From: Lysobacterales bacterium
Lineage (GTDB): Bacteria > Pseudomonadota > Gammaproteobacteria > Xanthomonadales > SZUA-38
DNA length: 64,000 bases
Reading direction: 5' to 3'
Assembly (NCBI GenBank): GCA_028285525.1
Contig: JANQOZ010000020.1
Coordinates: 3,663-67,662, forward strand
Each line of letters begins with the position of its first letter. The first letter of the stretch is position 1. The position numbers were made by a program, and so were the translations under genes. Of this stretch, positions 22,439 through 31,542 are shown piece by piece. The notes beneath the pieces are model-generated. The model was not told where the DNA came from, did not search any database, and worked only from the letters and a program-made list of their open reading frames with translations.

Positions 22439-22588
22439 CTCCCGGGAAAACGGATAAACCGCAATTATGCCATGCGTGTTGCCCCCTGAAATGCGCTATG
22501 CGTCCCCCCTGTCAATAGTCATGCAAGTCGCTGACCGGCGTGGTTTTTGGCTGGCGGCGGGTGAGCCGGGCGGTTAAGCTGGCTCGCG

Positions 22589-23878
22589 ATGTCCGTCTCA
22601 GCAACACAGTTACCGCGCCGTCGGAACGATTCCTCCCAGCCCGACCGCGAGCGCCACAGGTCACGCCTCGCGCGCCGACTGCTGGGGCTGGGCGCGGCGG
22701 CGATGCTGACCGCCACGGGTGCCGGCAATGCGGCCGGGCTGGACGATGCGCTGGCAAGCCTGCAAGACAGCCTGGCGGTGCTCGATACGGCGCCGAATAT
22801 GCTGGGTCTGGGCGTCTGCGTGGCCGACGGCACCGAAACCCGCCTTATGCTGACCCAGGGTCGGCGCACTCTCGCCGGCGAGCCGCTGGATCCTCATACG
22901 CGATTCAGGCTCGCTTCCGTCTCGAAAGGTTTTGCCGCGACAACCGCGGTGATCCTGTCAACGCAGGGAAAGCTGGATCTAGGCACGCAGACCAAGACGC
23001 TGGTTCCCTACTTCACGCTGCCCGACCCGGGGGAGGTGGAGCGTGTCACTCTGACCCACGTGCTGAGTCATCGGCTGGGGTTGCCGCCCAACGCGTACGA
23101 CAATCTGCTGGAAGCCAGCCGTAAGCCCGAGGACATCGTGCCCCGCTTCGCGCAGGTCAAACCGCTGTGCCCGGCAGCCGACTGCTACGGCTACCAGAAT
23201 GTGGGCTTTAATCTGATCGCCGAGGCGATCGAGAAAACCACCGGTGTGGCCTACGAGGAACAGGTGGAACATCGGTTGCTCCGGCCGCTCGACATGCAGG
23301 ACGCCGGCTTTGGCCAGAGCCATCTGCGCACCGACGAAAACTGGGCCCGGCCTCACCGCGGTCGCGGGCGGTTTCTGCGGCAGAGCAAGGTCAACGACAA
23401 CTATTACCGGGTGCCGGCAGCGGCTGGGCTGAACGCGAGCACCAGCGACCTGTGCCGCTGGCTGAAGACGCAGCTCGGTGAAGCGCCGGAGGTGGTCAGC
23501 CCGCAGGTGCTGGAGATCCTGCGTACGCCGCAGGTGTTCACCCGAGCGGAAATGTACCGCGGCAAATGGCGTCGAACCCGCCTCAAGAGCGCTCACTACG
23601 GCCTCGGCTGGCGAATTTACGACTACGCAGGACAGGAAGTTATTTTTCACGCCGGCTCGGTGAGCGGGTACGGCGCGGTAGTGGCCGTGCTGCCCGACCA
23701 GCAGGTTGGCCTTGCGGCGGTCTGGAATTCCGAAAGCACCCGGCCCTGGGGCATTCTCCCCGCCTTTCTGGATGCCTACCTAGGCCTGCCCGAGCGCGAC
23801 TGGATGAAGCTCGACCCCTTGAGGCTCAGCGGCGAGCCCGCCGCGACCGGCGCCTACGCGCCTGAACCCCCGCCCTGA
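22589..23878 (+). CDS. serine hydrolase, class C beta-lactamase/AmpH-like
   Basis: FRLASVSK (SxxK), YQN (YxN), YGLGW, HAG. Confidence 0.88.
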   Translation: MSVSATQLPRRRNDSSQPDRERHRSRLARRLLGLGAAAMLTATGAGNAAGLDDALASLQDSLAVLDTAPNMLGLGVCVADGTETRLMLTQGRRTLAGEPLDPHTRFRLASVSKGFAATTAVILSTQGKLDLGTQTKTLVPYFTLPDPGEVERVTLTHVLSHRLGLPPNAYDNLLEASRKPEDIVPRFAQVKPLCPAADCYGYQNVGFNLIAEAIEKTTGVAYEEQVEHRLLRPLDMQDAGFGQSHLRTDENWARPHRGRGRFLRQSKVNDNYYRVPAAAGLNASTSDLCRWLKTQLGEAPEVVSPQVLEILRTPQVFTRAEMYRGKWRRTRLKSAHYGLGWRIYDYAGQEVIFHAGSVSGYGAVVAVLPDQQVGLAAVWNSESTRPWGILPAFLDAYLGLPERDWMKLDPLRLSGEPAATGAYAPEPPP

Positions 23879-23917
23879 CCCGGACCGATCGGAATTCCAT
23901 CCATAGTGTGTTTGCTC

Positions 23918-23932
23918 TAGGACGTAGTCCTA
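23918..23932. promoter_or_regulatory. palindromic operator TAGGAC-GTA-GTCCTA upstream of phasin-like gene
   Basis: Perfect 6-bp inverted repeat ~40 bp before start codon. Confidence 0.5.
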
Positions 23933-23972
23933 TCCTGACGCTATCAAATCATCGTGTCAGGAAGAAAAGACC

Positions 23973-24383
23973 ATGAAAAACGCATCACTGAACAAGTCGA
24001 TCAAACACGTCAACAGCGCGGTCAAAGAACTGCATCAGGCTGGCCTGGACATCGTGACCCAGCTCCGCAGCAACAGCACGAGCCTGTTTGCCGAGCTGGT
24101 GCAGGAAGGCGAAGCTGTGCAAAGCCGCGCCATCACCGCCGTCACAACGCCGGTGACCAGGCTGCGTCAGGAGCTGAGCCAGCGCGTTCAGCTTGCTCCG
24201 AAGGTTGATCAGGCGCGTGAGGTTGTCAGCGACAACGTTCAGCGGCTGGAAAACGTTTTCCAGGAGCAGTTCGGCAAGGTGCTGGATTTTGCCGGCCTGC
24301 CGAGCCAGGCTGAGCTGGATCGGCTGAACACCCGCCTCGCGTCACTGCGGCGAGAAGTGACCCGCCTGAAGCGCGCAGCGTAA
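23973..24383 (+). CDS. phasin (PhaI/PhaF-like PHA granule-associated) protein
   Basis: AGL...FAELVQEGE and LENVFQEQFGKVL..GLPSQAELDRL patterns. Confidence 0.7.
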   Translation: MKNASLNKSIKHVNSAVKELHQAGLDIVTQLRSNSTSLFAELVQEGEAVQSRAITAVTTPVTRLRQELSQRVQLAPKVDQAREVVSDNVQRLENVFQEQFGKVLDFAGLPSQAELDRLNTRLASLRREVTRLKRAA

Positions 24384-24604
24384 CGTTCCAAATCTGGGTG
24401 GCAGTTCGTCTGCCACCCTTCTCCTACCACCGCTGCTCAGCGATCGGGAACCGCGGAGCACAACTCCGGTCCAACACATCACCTTCGCGGGCCGCGCTTC
24501 GGGCGGCAGAGCGCAGCTCATCCGCGATCGCTATTCCTCGTTCGGCGCCCGGGAATGGCCGTGCCATGCTCTATAATGCCGCCTGATCTCGACCGAGCAG
24601 ATTT

Positions 24605-25939
24605 ATGACCGACTCCAGCCCCCTGGGTGGTGCCCTGACCCGCCGCATTCTGATTGGCATGGCCATTGGCGTGGTCGTTGGCGTTGCCATCAACGTCACG
24701 GACTGGGAGTGGGGCCAGCAAACGCTTGCGCTCGGGCTTTTCGACCTGCTGGGACAGATCTTTCTCAAGCTTCTGAAGATGCTGATGGTCCCGGTCGTGC
24801 TGGTTTCGCTGATCTGCGGCGTCACCTCGCTGGCCAATCCGGCGGAGCTGGGCCGGCTCGGCGGTAAAGCGGTGGGGCTTTACATGCTCACCACGGGGCT
24901 CGCGATTGCGCTGGCGATCTCGGTGGCGAGCCTGGTGGGACCCGGCGAAGGCTTTTCCCCGCCCGACCAGGCCTACACGCCACCCGCAGGTCAATCGCTC
25001 TTCGAAGTGATCTTGGGGATGATTCCTGAGAACCCCATCCAGGCGATGGCCGAGGCCAAAATGCTTCAGCTAATCGTGTTTGCCGTCCTGTTTGGATTGG
25101 CCATTTCACTGGCCGGTGAATCGGGCAAACGTATCCGGGGGATCTTCTCCGACCTCAATGAGGTGGTGATGATGCTGGTCACCATGGTGATGCAGACAGC
25201 ACCGATCGGCGTCCTCGCGCTGATGGCAAAGCTTTGCGCGACGCTGGACCTCAAAGAATTCTCCGAGGTCCTGACCTATTTCCTGACGGTTGTTGCCGTG
25301 CTGGCCATCCATGGCGCGGTCACCTACCCCATGCTGCTGAAGCTGACCACGGGACTGAACCCGCTGGTGTTTCTGAGCAAGATGCGAACCGCTATGGCGT
25401 TTGCGTTCAGCACCTCCTCGAGCAACGCAACCCTGCCGGTGACGCTGCGAACCACCGAGGAACGCCTCGGGGTCAACAATTCCGTTGCGTCCTTTACGGT
25501 CCCGCTGGGGGCTACCATCAACATGGACGGAACGGCCATCATGCAGGGCTGCGCCACCATCTTTATTGCCAACGCTTACGGGGTCGACCTGACGCTCGCG
25601 CAGCTGATGACCGTCGTGCTCATGGCCGTGCTGGCCTCGATCGGCGCCGCCGGCGTGCCCGGGGTGGGTATCGTGCTGCTCGCCACGGTACTCGAACAGG
25701 TGGGGCTCCCGGTGGAAGGGATCGCGCTGATCCTCGGCGTGGATCGGCTGCTCGACATGATGCGAACGGTAGTCAATATCACCGGCGATGCTGCGGTGAC
25801 CACGGTGGTGGCCTACACGGAAAACGAGATGGATACCGAGCGCTTCAACGATCCTGACGCCGGCGCGATCAACGGCGTGAAGGAGAGTTCGCACGAAAAG
25901 CTGGAGGAGAAACCTTCGCAGCAGCCCGCCGGCCCCTGA
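24605..25939 (+). CDS. dicarboxylate/amino acid:cation symporter (DAACS)
   Basis: AFSTSSSNATLP, PLGATINMDGT, GVDRLLDMMRTVVNITGD. Confidence 0.93.
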   Translation: MTDSSPLGGALTRRILIGMAIGVVVGVAINVTDWEWGQQTLALGLFDLLGQIFLKLLKMLMVPVVLVSLICGVTSLANPAELGRLGGKAVGLYMLTTGLAIALAISVASLVGPGEGFSPPDQAYTPPAGQSLFEVILGMIPENPIQAMAEAKMLQLIVFAVLFGLAISLAGESGKRIRGIFSDLNEVVMMLVTMVMQTAPIGVLALMAKLCATLDLKEFSEVLTYFLTVVAVLAIHGAVTYPMLLKLTTGLNPLVFLSKMRTAMAFAFSTSSSNATLPVTLRTTEERLGVNNSVASFTVPLGATINMDGTAIMQGCATIFIANAYGVDLTLAQLMTVVLMAVLASIGAAGVPGVGIVLLATVLEQVGLPVEGIALILGVDRLLDMMRTVVNITGDAAVTTVVAYTENEMDTERFNDPDAGAINGVKESSHEKLEEKPSQQPAGP

Positions 25940-25940
25940 G

Positions 25941-26822
25941 TTGCGCCGCCAGCTACCCCAACTGAACTTGCTGCTCGCGTTCGAGCGAGCGGCCTACCAC
26001 CGCAGCTTCAAGCTGGCTGCCGCCGAGCTGCACATTACGCCCTCGGCTGTCAGCCACCGGATTCGTCAGCTCGAGTCCGACCTGGGTATCCCGTTGTTTC
26101 AGCGGCTGCCGAGATCCATTCGGCTCACGGCCGCCGGCCAAACGTATTTCCGGGATATCCACCGGGCCTTCGCCCGCATCGAGAACGGGACGGAGCAGCT
26201 GAGTCATCAGTTTGGCCGCCAGGTGCTCAGGCTCCACCTGCTGCCGTTTTTTGCCACCGAGGTCCTGGTCCCGCGGCTGCAGAGCTTTCAGAGCCAGCAT
26301 CCGGACATCGACCTGCGGCTGGAGTCGTCTTTCGGCCGGAGCCAGACGCATCCGGATCACGCCGACCTGTCGATCGGCCTGGGTCAGGGAAGCTGGCCCG
26401 GCCTGGTTTCCATCCCGCTGATGGAGCTGGAGCTCCAGGCCATGTGCACGCCGGCGCTGGCCGCAACCATTCGGCCCGACCACGCGGAAGACGTGAACGA
26501 GCACACGCTGATCTACTTTGAAAGCAACCTGGATGCCTGGGAGCAGTGGGCCAGGGGCGTGGGCCTGAAGAAGTTTGAGCCTGCCAACACGCTGACGATG
26601 GACAGCATTTTCTCGGCGCTCCAGGCCGCCGAGCAGGGTCTTGGCGTGATCACGGCGGCGCTTCCGCTGACCGCCAACTGGCTGGAGCGGTCGCACCTCG
26701 TGCCGGCATTTCCGCAGCGGGTCAAGATTCCCGACCAGTACTACGTGCTGTATCGAAAAGGGGACGAGGTGCGACCCAACGTGCAGCAGTTTCTCCGCTG
26801 GCTCAGCGAGGAGTTTGGCTGA
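25941..26822 (+). CDS. LysR-family regulator (GcvA-like)
   Basis: MRRQLPQLNLLLAFE...SFKLAAAELHITPSAVSHRIR. Confidence 0.88.
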   Translation: MRRQLPQLNLLLAFERAAYHRSFKLAAAELHITPSAVSHRIRQLESDLGIPLFQRLPRSIRLTAAGQTYFRDIHRAFARIENGTEQLSHQFGRQVLRLHLLPFFATEVLVPRLQSFQSQHPDIDLRLESSFGRSQTHPDHADLSIGLGQGSWPGLVSIPLMELELQAMCTPALAATIRPDHAEDVNEHTLIYFESNLDAWEQWARGVGLKKFEPANTLTMDSIFSALQAAEQGLGVITAALPLTANWLERSHLVPAFPQRVKIPDQYYVLYRKGDEVRPNVQQFLRWLSEEFG

Positions 26823-27678
26823 CCAGCCGTTGGAGGAGGCTGGAGGTGTCCCAGCGGCCGCCGCCCAGCGCCTGTACGTCCGCGTAGAACCGGTCCACCA
26901 GCGCCGTCACCTCGAGCACCGATCCGTTGCGTTCAGCCTCCTCGAGCGCAAAACCCAGATCCTTTCGCATCCAGTCCACGGCAAAACCAAAGTTGTACTC
27001 ACCTTCCAGCATCGTCGCTGCGCGATTGTCCATCTGCCACGACTGCGCTGCACCTTTGGAGATCACGTCGACGACAGCCTGTCCGTCGAGACCCGCCCGG
27101 CGGGCGAAGTTGAGCCCTTCAGCCAGACCCTGCACCAGGCCGGCAATGCAGATCTGATTGACCATTTTGGCCAGCTGCCCCGAGCCGCTGGGGCCGAGCC
27201 GCGCGGCAGATCTTGCGTAGCAGTCCATGACCGGCTTCGCCGCCTCGAACGTGGACTGGTCGCCACCCACCATGATCGTCAGCTGACCCTTCTCAGCGCC
27301 GGCCTGCCCGCCGGAGACGGGCGCGTCGAGAAACGCAACGCCCGCCTCGTTGGACCTTGTTGCCATCTCGCGGGCAAGCTCGGCCGAGGTGGTCGTGTGA
27401 TCGATAACAACTGCGCCCGCCTTCAAGCCCGCCAGCACCCCGTCGGGCGGCAGGACCACCGAACGCACGTCGTCGTCGTTGCCGACACACAAAGCCACCA
27501 CTTCGGCATGACGCGAGGCAGCAGCGGGCGTCGGGGCACTCGCGCCGCCATACTCCGCAACCCAGCGGGCGGCTTTGGCTTCGGTTCGATTAAAGACCGT
27601 GACCTCGTGGCCCGCTCGCTGCAGATGGCCCGCCATGGGAAAACCCATGACGCCGAGGCCGATAAACGCCGTCTTCAT
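26803..27678 (-). CDS. 3-hydroxyisobutyrate dehydrogenase-family oxidoreductase
   Basis: FIGLGVMG, DAPVSGGQAGA, KMVNQ, FAVDWMRKDL. Confidence 0.9.
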   Translation of the reverse strand: MKTAFIGLGVMGFPMAGHLQRAGHEVTVFNRTEAKAARWVAEYGGASAPTPAAASRHAEVVALCVGNDDDVRSVVLPPDGVLAGLKAGAVVIDHTTTSAELAREMATRSNEAGVAFLDAPVSGGQAGAEKGQLTIMVGGDQSTFEAAKPVMDCYARSAARLGPSGSGQLAKMVNQICIAGLVQGLAEGLNFARRAGLDGQAVVDVISKGAAQSWQMDNRAATMLEGEYNFGFAVDWMRKDLGFALEEAERNGSVLEVTALVDRFYADVQALGGGRWDTSSLLQRLVSQTPR

Positions 27679-28520
27679 GCCGCCTGCGCCGGGCTGTTCT
27701 GCGGCTCCAGCTTATTCAGATGCACGTCCATCTGCGGATAGGGAATCGACACGCCTGCCTGATCGAAGCGCCGCTTGATCTGCTCGGTGATCTCAAATTT
27801 CACCTGCCAGTAGTCTTCCGTTCGGCTCCAGGGCCGGACCACAAAATTCACGCTGGAGTCGGCCAGCTCGGAGAGCGCAATGGTGGGTGCGGGGTCCTGA
27901 AGCACCTGCGGATGGCCGTTCACGACCTCTTCGATGACCTGGCGGGCCTGATCGATATCGTCGTCATACCCGATACCAAACACCATATCGACTCTCCGGG
28001 TCTCATTGGCTGAGTAGTTGGTGATCGAGCTGGCGATGATGTCCCCATTCGACACGATGACCATCTTGTTATCCGGAGTCTTGAGGCGGGTCCAAAATAC
28101 CGCCAGCTCCTCTACGCTCCCGGCGACTCCGGCCGCCTCTACGTAATCACCGGTTTTGAACGGGCGGAACAGGATCAGCATGACGCCGGCGGCAAAGTTC
28201 TTCAGCGAGTCCTGCAGCGCCAGGCCGACCGCAAGTCCCGCCGCACCCAGCACCGCCACCAGTGACGTAGTGTTGAGACCGAGCTGGTCCAGCGCAGCCA
28301 CCACCACCACTACGGTCAGCAGTGCAGCCATGATTGAACAGATGAAGTTGACCAGAATCTGGTCCATACCGGCGCGCTGCATCACCCGACGTACAACAGC
28401 CACGATCAGCTTCGCGACCCAGCGACCGACGACGTAGACCACCAGGGCGAGCGCCAGCTTGATCCCCCAGGGAATCGCGTATTCCTGAAGGAGATTGTTC
28501 CAGTCCAGTTCGAAGTTCAT
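27675..28520 (-). CDS. mscS: small-conductance mechanosensitive channel
   Basis: GAAGLAVGLALQ, RPFKTGD, ITNYS..TRRVD, IPYPQMDV. Confidence 0.92.
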   Translation of the reverse strand: MNFELDWNNLLQEYAIPWGIKLALALVVYVVGRWVAKLIVAVVRRVMQRAGMDQILVNFICSIMAALLTVVVVVAALDQLGLNTTSLVAVLGAAGLAVGLALQDSLKNFAAGVMLILFRPFKTGDYVEAAGVAGSVEELAVFWTRLKTPDNKMVIVSNGDIIASSITNYSANETRRVDMVFGIGYDDDIDQARQVIEEVVNGHPQVLQDPAPTIALSELADSSVNFVVRPWSRTEDYWQVKFEITEQIKRRFDQAGVSIPYPQMDVHLNKLEPQNSPAQAA

Positions 28521-28650
28521 GAGAGGTTCCCGTTCGGCAAAAAAAGCGGATGATACCCGAACCCTTCGGCTCGATTCGCCTCGGCTTTGGCCGGCGGGCG
28601 TGAAAGTCCATACCGGTCACGGAACTACCGCACGCGCGTGATAATATGCC

Positions 28651-28747
28651 GGGCGTTCCGGGGTCAGCCTGACCCCGCCCGGAGCGCTGTCGCGACTCGA
28701 CAACGTCAAAAACCAACCAGCTGATCGACGCTGGCGGCGGGAACGCC
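28651..28747 (+). ncRNA. candidate structured 5' leader / cis-regulatory RNA (family not recognised)
   Basis: Upstream GATAAT -10-like box; 8-bp 5'/3' closing stem and three internal hairpins; ends just before GGAGG RBS. Confidence 0.45.
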
Positions 28748-28763
28748 AAACGGAGGTTCACCA

Positions 28764-29798
28764 TTGAACGATGACATCAACGGCATCCGCGAGGACGTCG
28801 TGGCAACCGATACGCCGGAGCTTCAGGCGCTGGACCGGGCGCGCACCGCGCTGCGGGCCGGCGACGGCCCTGGCGGAGAAGCGGAGCTGGCCGAAGCACT
28901 GAGAATCAACCCGGAGCTGCCGGCCGCGCTGGAGCTGCGCGCGATCATCGCCTGCCAGAAAGGCGACTTTGATGCCGGCCGAAAAGACTTTGCCCGGATC
29001 ACAGAACTTCAGCCGGACAGCGCGGCAGCCTGGCTCAATCTCGGCAAGTGCCTGCGCGACAGCGGCGACCCGGCTGCCGCCATCGACAATCTCAAGCAGG
29101 CAAACGAGCTCGAACCGGAGCTGACCGACGCGCAGGTGCTTCTCGGCCTTTCTTACCGCGACAGCGATCAGCCGGACGAGGCGCTAGCCCAACTGGAGGC
29201 AGCAGTGCGCAGCGCGCCGGATAACCTCGCGGGGGTCAGTGCCCTGGCCCTTCAGTACCAGGAGATCGGGCAGCATGACCAGGCGATGGAGCAGTTTACG
29301 CGTGCCCGCGACCTGCGCCCGGACCTGCCGCATACGCACTTCAATCTCGGCCGCGCCCAGCTCACCGCCAATCAGCTGGCGGAGGCCGAAGAGTCGTTTC
29401 ACCACGCGCTGACGATCAACCACCACTACCACGACGCCCGGCTAGCGCTGGCGGAGCTGGCGGAAAAGCGCGGCGACGAAGACACCGCGATCAACATCTA
29501 TCGGCGCCTCACCCGCCGGGCCCCGCGGGTGCTGCATGCGCACGTGGCGCTGATGCGGCTGCTTGCGCAAACGCGACGCCGGTCGGACATGCGCACGCAG
29601 CTCAGCATCAGCGGCGAACTGCTGGCCGAAAGCGACTTTCCCGCTTTCTGGCAGGCCCAGCTGCTCGCGCTCAGTGGCCAGACGGAACAGGCCCTGGCGC
29701 AGCTTGAGCAGCTCGCCGCGAAAGACGAGCCCACGCTGGATCGCAGCGCGCTGGCCTCAGAGATCGAACGCGTCAAACAATCGCTCGAAACGTCATGA
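28764..29798 (+). CDS. tetratricopeptide repeat protein
   Basis: Tandem TPR pattern (AWLNLG...P); GGAGG RBS, TTG start. Confidence 0.85.
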   Translation: MNDDINGIREDVVATDTPELQALDRARTALRAGDGPGGEAELAEALRINPELPAALELRAIIACQKGDFDAGRKDFARITELQPDSAAAWLNLGKCLRDSGDPAAAIDNLKQANELEPELTDAQVLLGLSYRDSDQPDEALAQLEAAVRSAPDNLAGVSALALQYQEIGQHDQAMEQFTRARDLRPDLPHTHFNLGRAQLTANQLAEAEESFHHALTINHHYHDARLALAELAEKRGDEDTAINIYRRLTRRAPRVLHAHVALMRLLAQTRRRSDMRTQLSISGELLAESDFPAFWQAQLLALSGQTEQALAQLEQLAAKDEPTLDRSALASEIERVKQSLETS

Positions 29799-31531
29799 CC
29801 GAATCGACCCAAACAACGGCCACCGGCCGAACCACGCAGTCATCTCGTTCGGCCGGACTCCTGGCCCTTGCTGCCGCCGCGGCGCTGTCGTTGACGCTCA
29901 CCGGCTGCGGCTCTGCCAGCGATACGGCCGCGCAGCGTACGCCGGACAAGAGCGCTGGCGATACCGCGGAGCCTGACGAGAAGGCCGCCGCGCCGGTCGG
30001 CCAGGAGATTTACACCGAGGTCACCCTGCGTGCCGACCTCGACCACCTGTCAGCCAACCAGCGGAAGATGGTTGGCCTGCTGATCGACGCTGCCGACATC
30101 ATGAACGGGCTGTTCTGGCGGCAGGCCTACGGCGATCCCGAACCGCTGCTGGAGGCGATCGGCGATCCCGCGCTGCGACGCTTTGCCGAAATTAACTACG
30201 GCCCCTGGGACCGCCTCGACGCCAATCGACCGTTCCTGCCCGGGGTCGAGGAAAAGCCCGCTGGCGCTCGCTTCTATCCGCCCGATATGACCCGGGCAGA
30301 ATTCGAAGACTGGGAGCAGGCCGGTAAAGACGGGCTTTACTCGATGGTGGAGCGCAATCAGCAGGGCGAACTGCACCTCCACCCGTACAGCGAGGTCTTT
30401 GCTGACGAACTGGGGCGGGCGGCACAGCTGCTGCGCCAGGCGGCTGAGCTGGCGGAGGACGAGGGTTTTGCGAACTACCTCAGGCTGCGGGCCGACGCGT
30501 TCCTCAGCGACGACTACTTCGAGTCGGACATGGCCTGGATGGACAACAAGACCAACCCGGTAGAGCTGGTGATCGGTCCGATCGAAACCTACGAAGACCA
30601 GCTTTACGGCTACCGGGCGGCTTTCGAAGGCTACGTGCTGATCAAAGATCTGGCTTGGAGCGCCCAGCTGGCACACTTCGCTCAGTTTCTGCCGGAGCTG
30701 CAGCGCGGACTGCCGGTCGAGGACCGCTACAAGGCCGAGAATCCGGGCTCCGATGCGGACCTGAACGCTTATGACGTCGTTTATTACGCGGGCGACAGCA
30801 ACGCCGGCTCCAAATCGATCGCCATCAACCTGCCCAACGATGAGCGGGTCCAGCTCGCCAAAGGCACCCGGCGGCTGCAGCTCAAGAACGCGATGCGGGC
30901 CAAGTTCGACAAGATACTGCTGCCGATCAGCGAGGTGCTGATCACTCCCTCACAGCGCCCGCACGTGACGTTCGACGCGTTTTTCGCCAACACCATGTTC
31001 CACGAAGTGGCTCACGGCCTGGGAATCAAAAACACGCTGGACGGTTCGGGCACCGTACGCCAGGCGCTCAAAGAGAACGCCTCAGCGCTGGAAGAGGGAA
31101 AGGCCGACATCCTGGGGCTGTACATGGTCACCCGCCTGTTCGAAAACGGCGAGCTGGAGGGGCGGCTGGAGGACTACTACGTCACCTTCCTGGCCAGCAT
31201 CTTTCGCTCGGTGCGCTTCGGCGCAAGCTCCGCCCACGGCAGGGCCAACATGGTGCGGTTCAACTACTTTGCCGACAAGGGCGCGTTCACCTACGACCCG
31301 GTTGAGCGGGTGTACGCAGTCGACTTCGACGCGATGGCCTCCGCCATGAACGATCTGGGCCGACTGATCCTGACGCTGCAGGGTGACGGCGACTACGAAG
31401 GAACTCGGACGCTGCTGGCCGAACAGGGCGTCGTGGGTGAGGGCCTGCAGGCGGACCTCGACCGGCTGGCGGCTGCCGGCATCCCGGTCGATATCGTGTT
31501 CAAGCAGGGTAAGGCAATTCTGGGCCTCTAA
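29795..31531 (+). CDS. dipeptidyl-peptidase III (M49) family Zn hydrolase, lipoprotein
   Basis: Lipobox LTGC, INYGPWDRL, GPIETYED, AINLPND, HEVAH, EEGKAD. Confidence 0.88.
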   Translation: MTESTQTTATGRTTQSSRSAGLLALAAAAALSLTLTGCGSASDTAAQRTPDKSAGDTAEPDEKAAAPVGQEIYTEVTLRADLDHLSANQRKMVGLLIDAADIMNGLFWRQAYGDPEPLLEAIGDPALRRFAEINYGPWDRLDANRPFLPGVEEKPAGARFYPPDMTRAEFEDWEQAGKDGLYSMVERNQQGELHLHPYSEVFADELGRAAQLLRQAAELAEDEGFANYLRLRADAFLSDDYFESDMAWMDNKTNPVELVIGPIETYEDQLYGYRAAFEGYVLIKDLAWSAQLAHFAQFLPELQRGLPVEDRYKAENPGSDADLNAYDVVYYAGDSNAGSKSIAINLPNDERVQLAKGTRRLQLKNAMRAKFDKILLPISEVLITPSQRPHVTFDAFFANTMFHEVAHGLGIKNTLDGSGTVRQALKENASALEEGKADILGLYMVTRLFENGELEGRLEDYYVTFLASIFRSVRFGASSAHGRANMVRFNYFADKGAFTYDPVERVYAVDFDAMASAMNDLGRLILTLQGDGDYEGTRTLLAEQGVVGEGLQADLDRLAAAGIPVDIVFKQGKAILGL

Positions 31532-31542
31532 CGGCGACCGTC

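Noticed and set aside
22589-23878. Acquired beta-lactam resistance gene
   Set aside because: SxxK/YxN motifs are shared by AmpH-like peptidases and esterases; no mobile context.
28651-28747. SAH riboswitch, yybP-ykoY, SRP RNA or tRNA-Sec identity for the leader
   Set aside because: GGAGCGCTG and CGTCAA resemble fragments, but CCAGGCTC, GGGGAGTAG/GAGACC, the SRP GGAA loop motif and a T-arm are absent.
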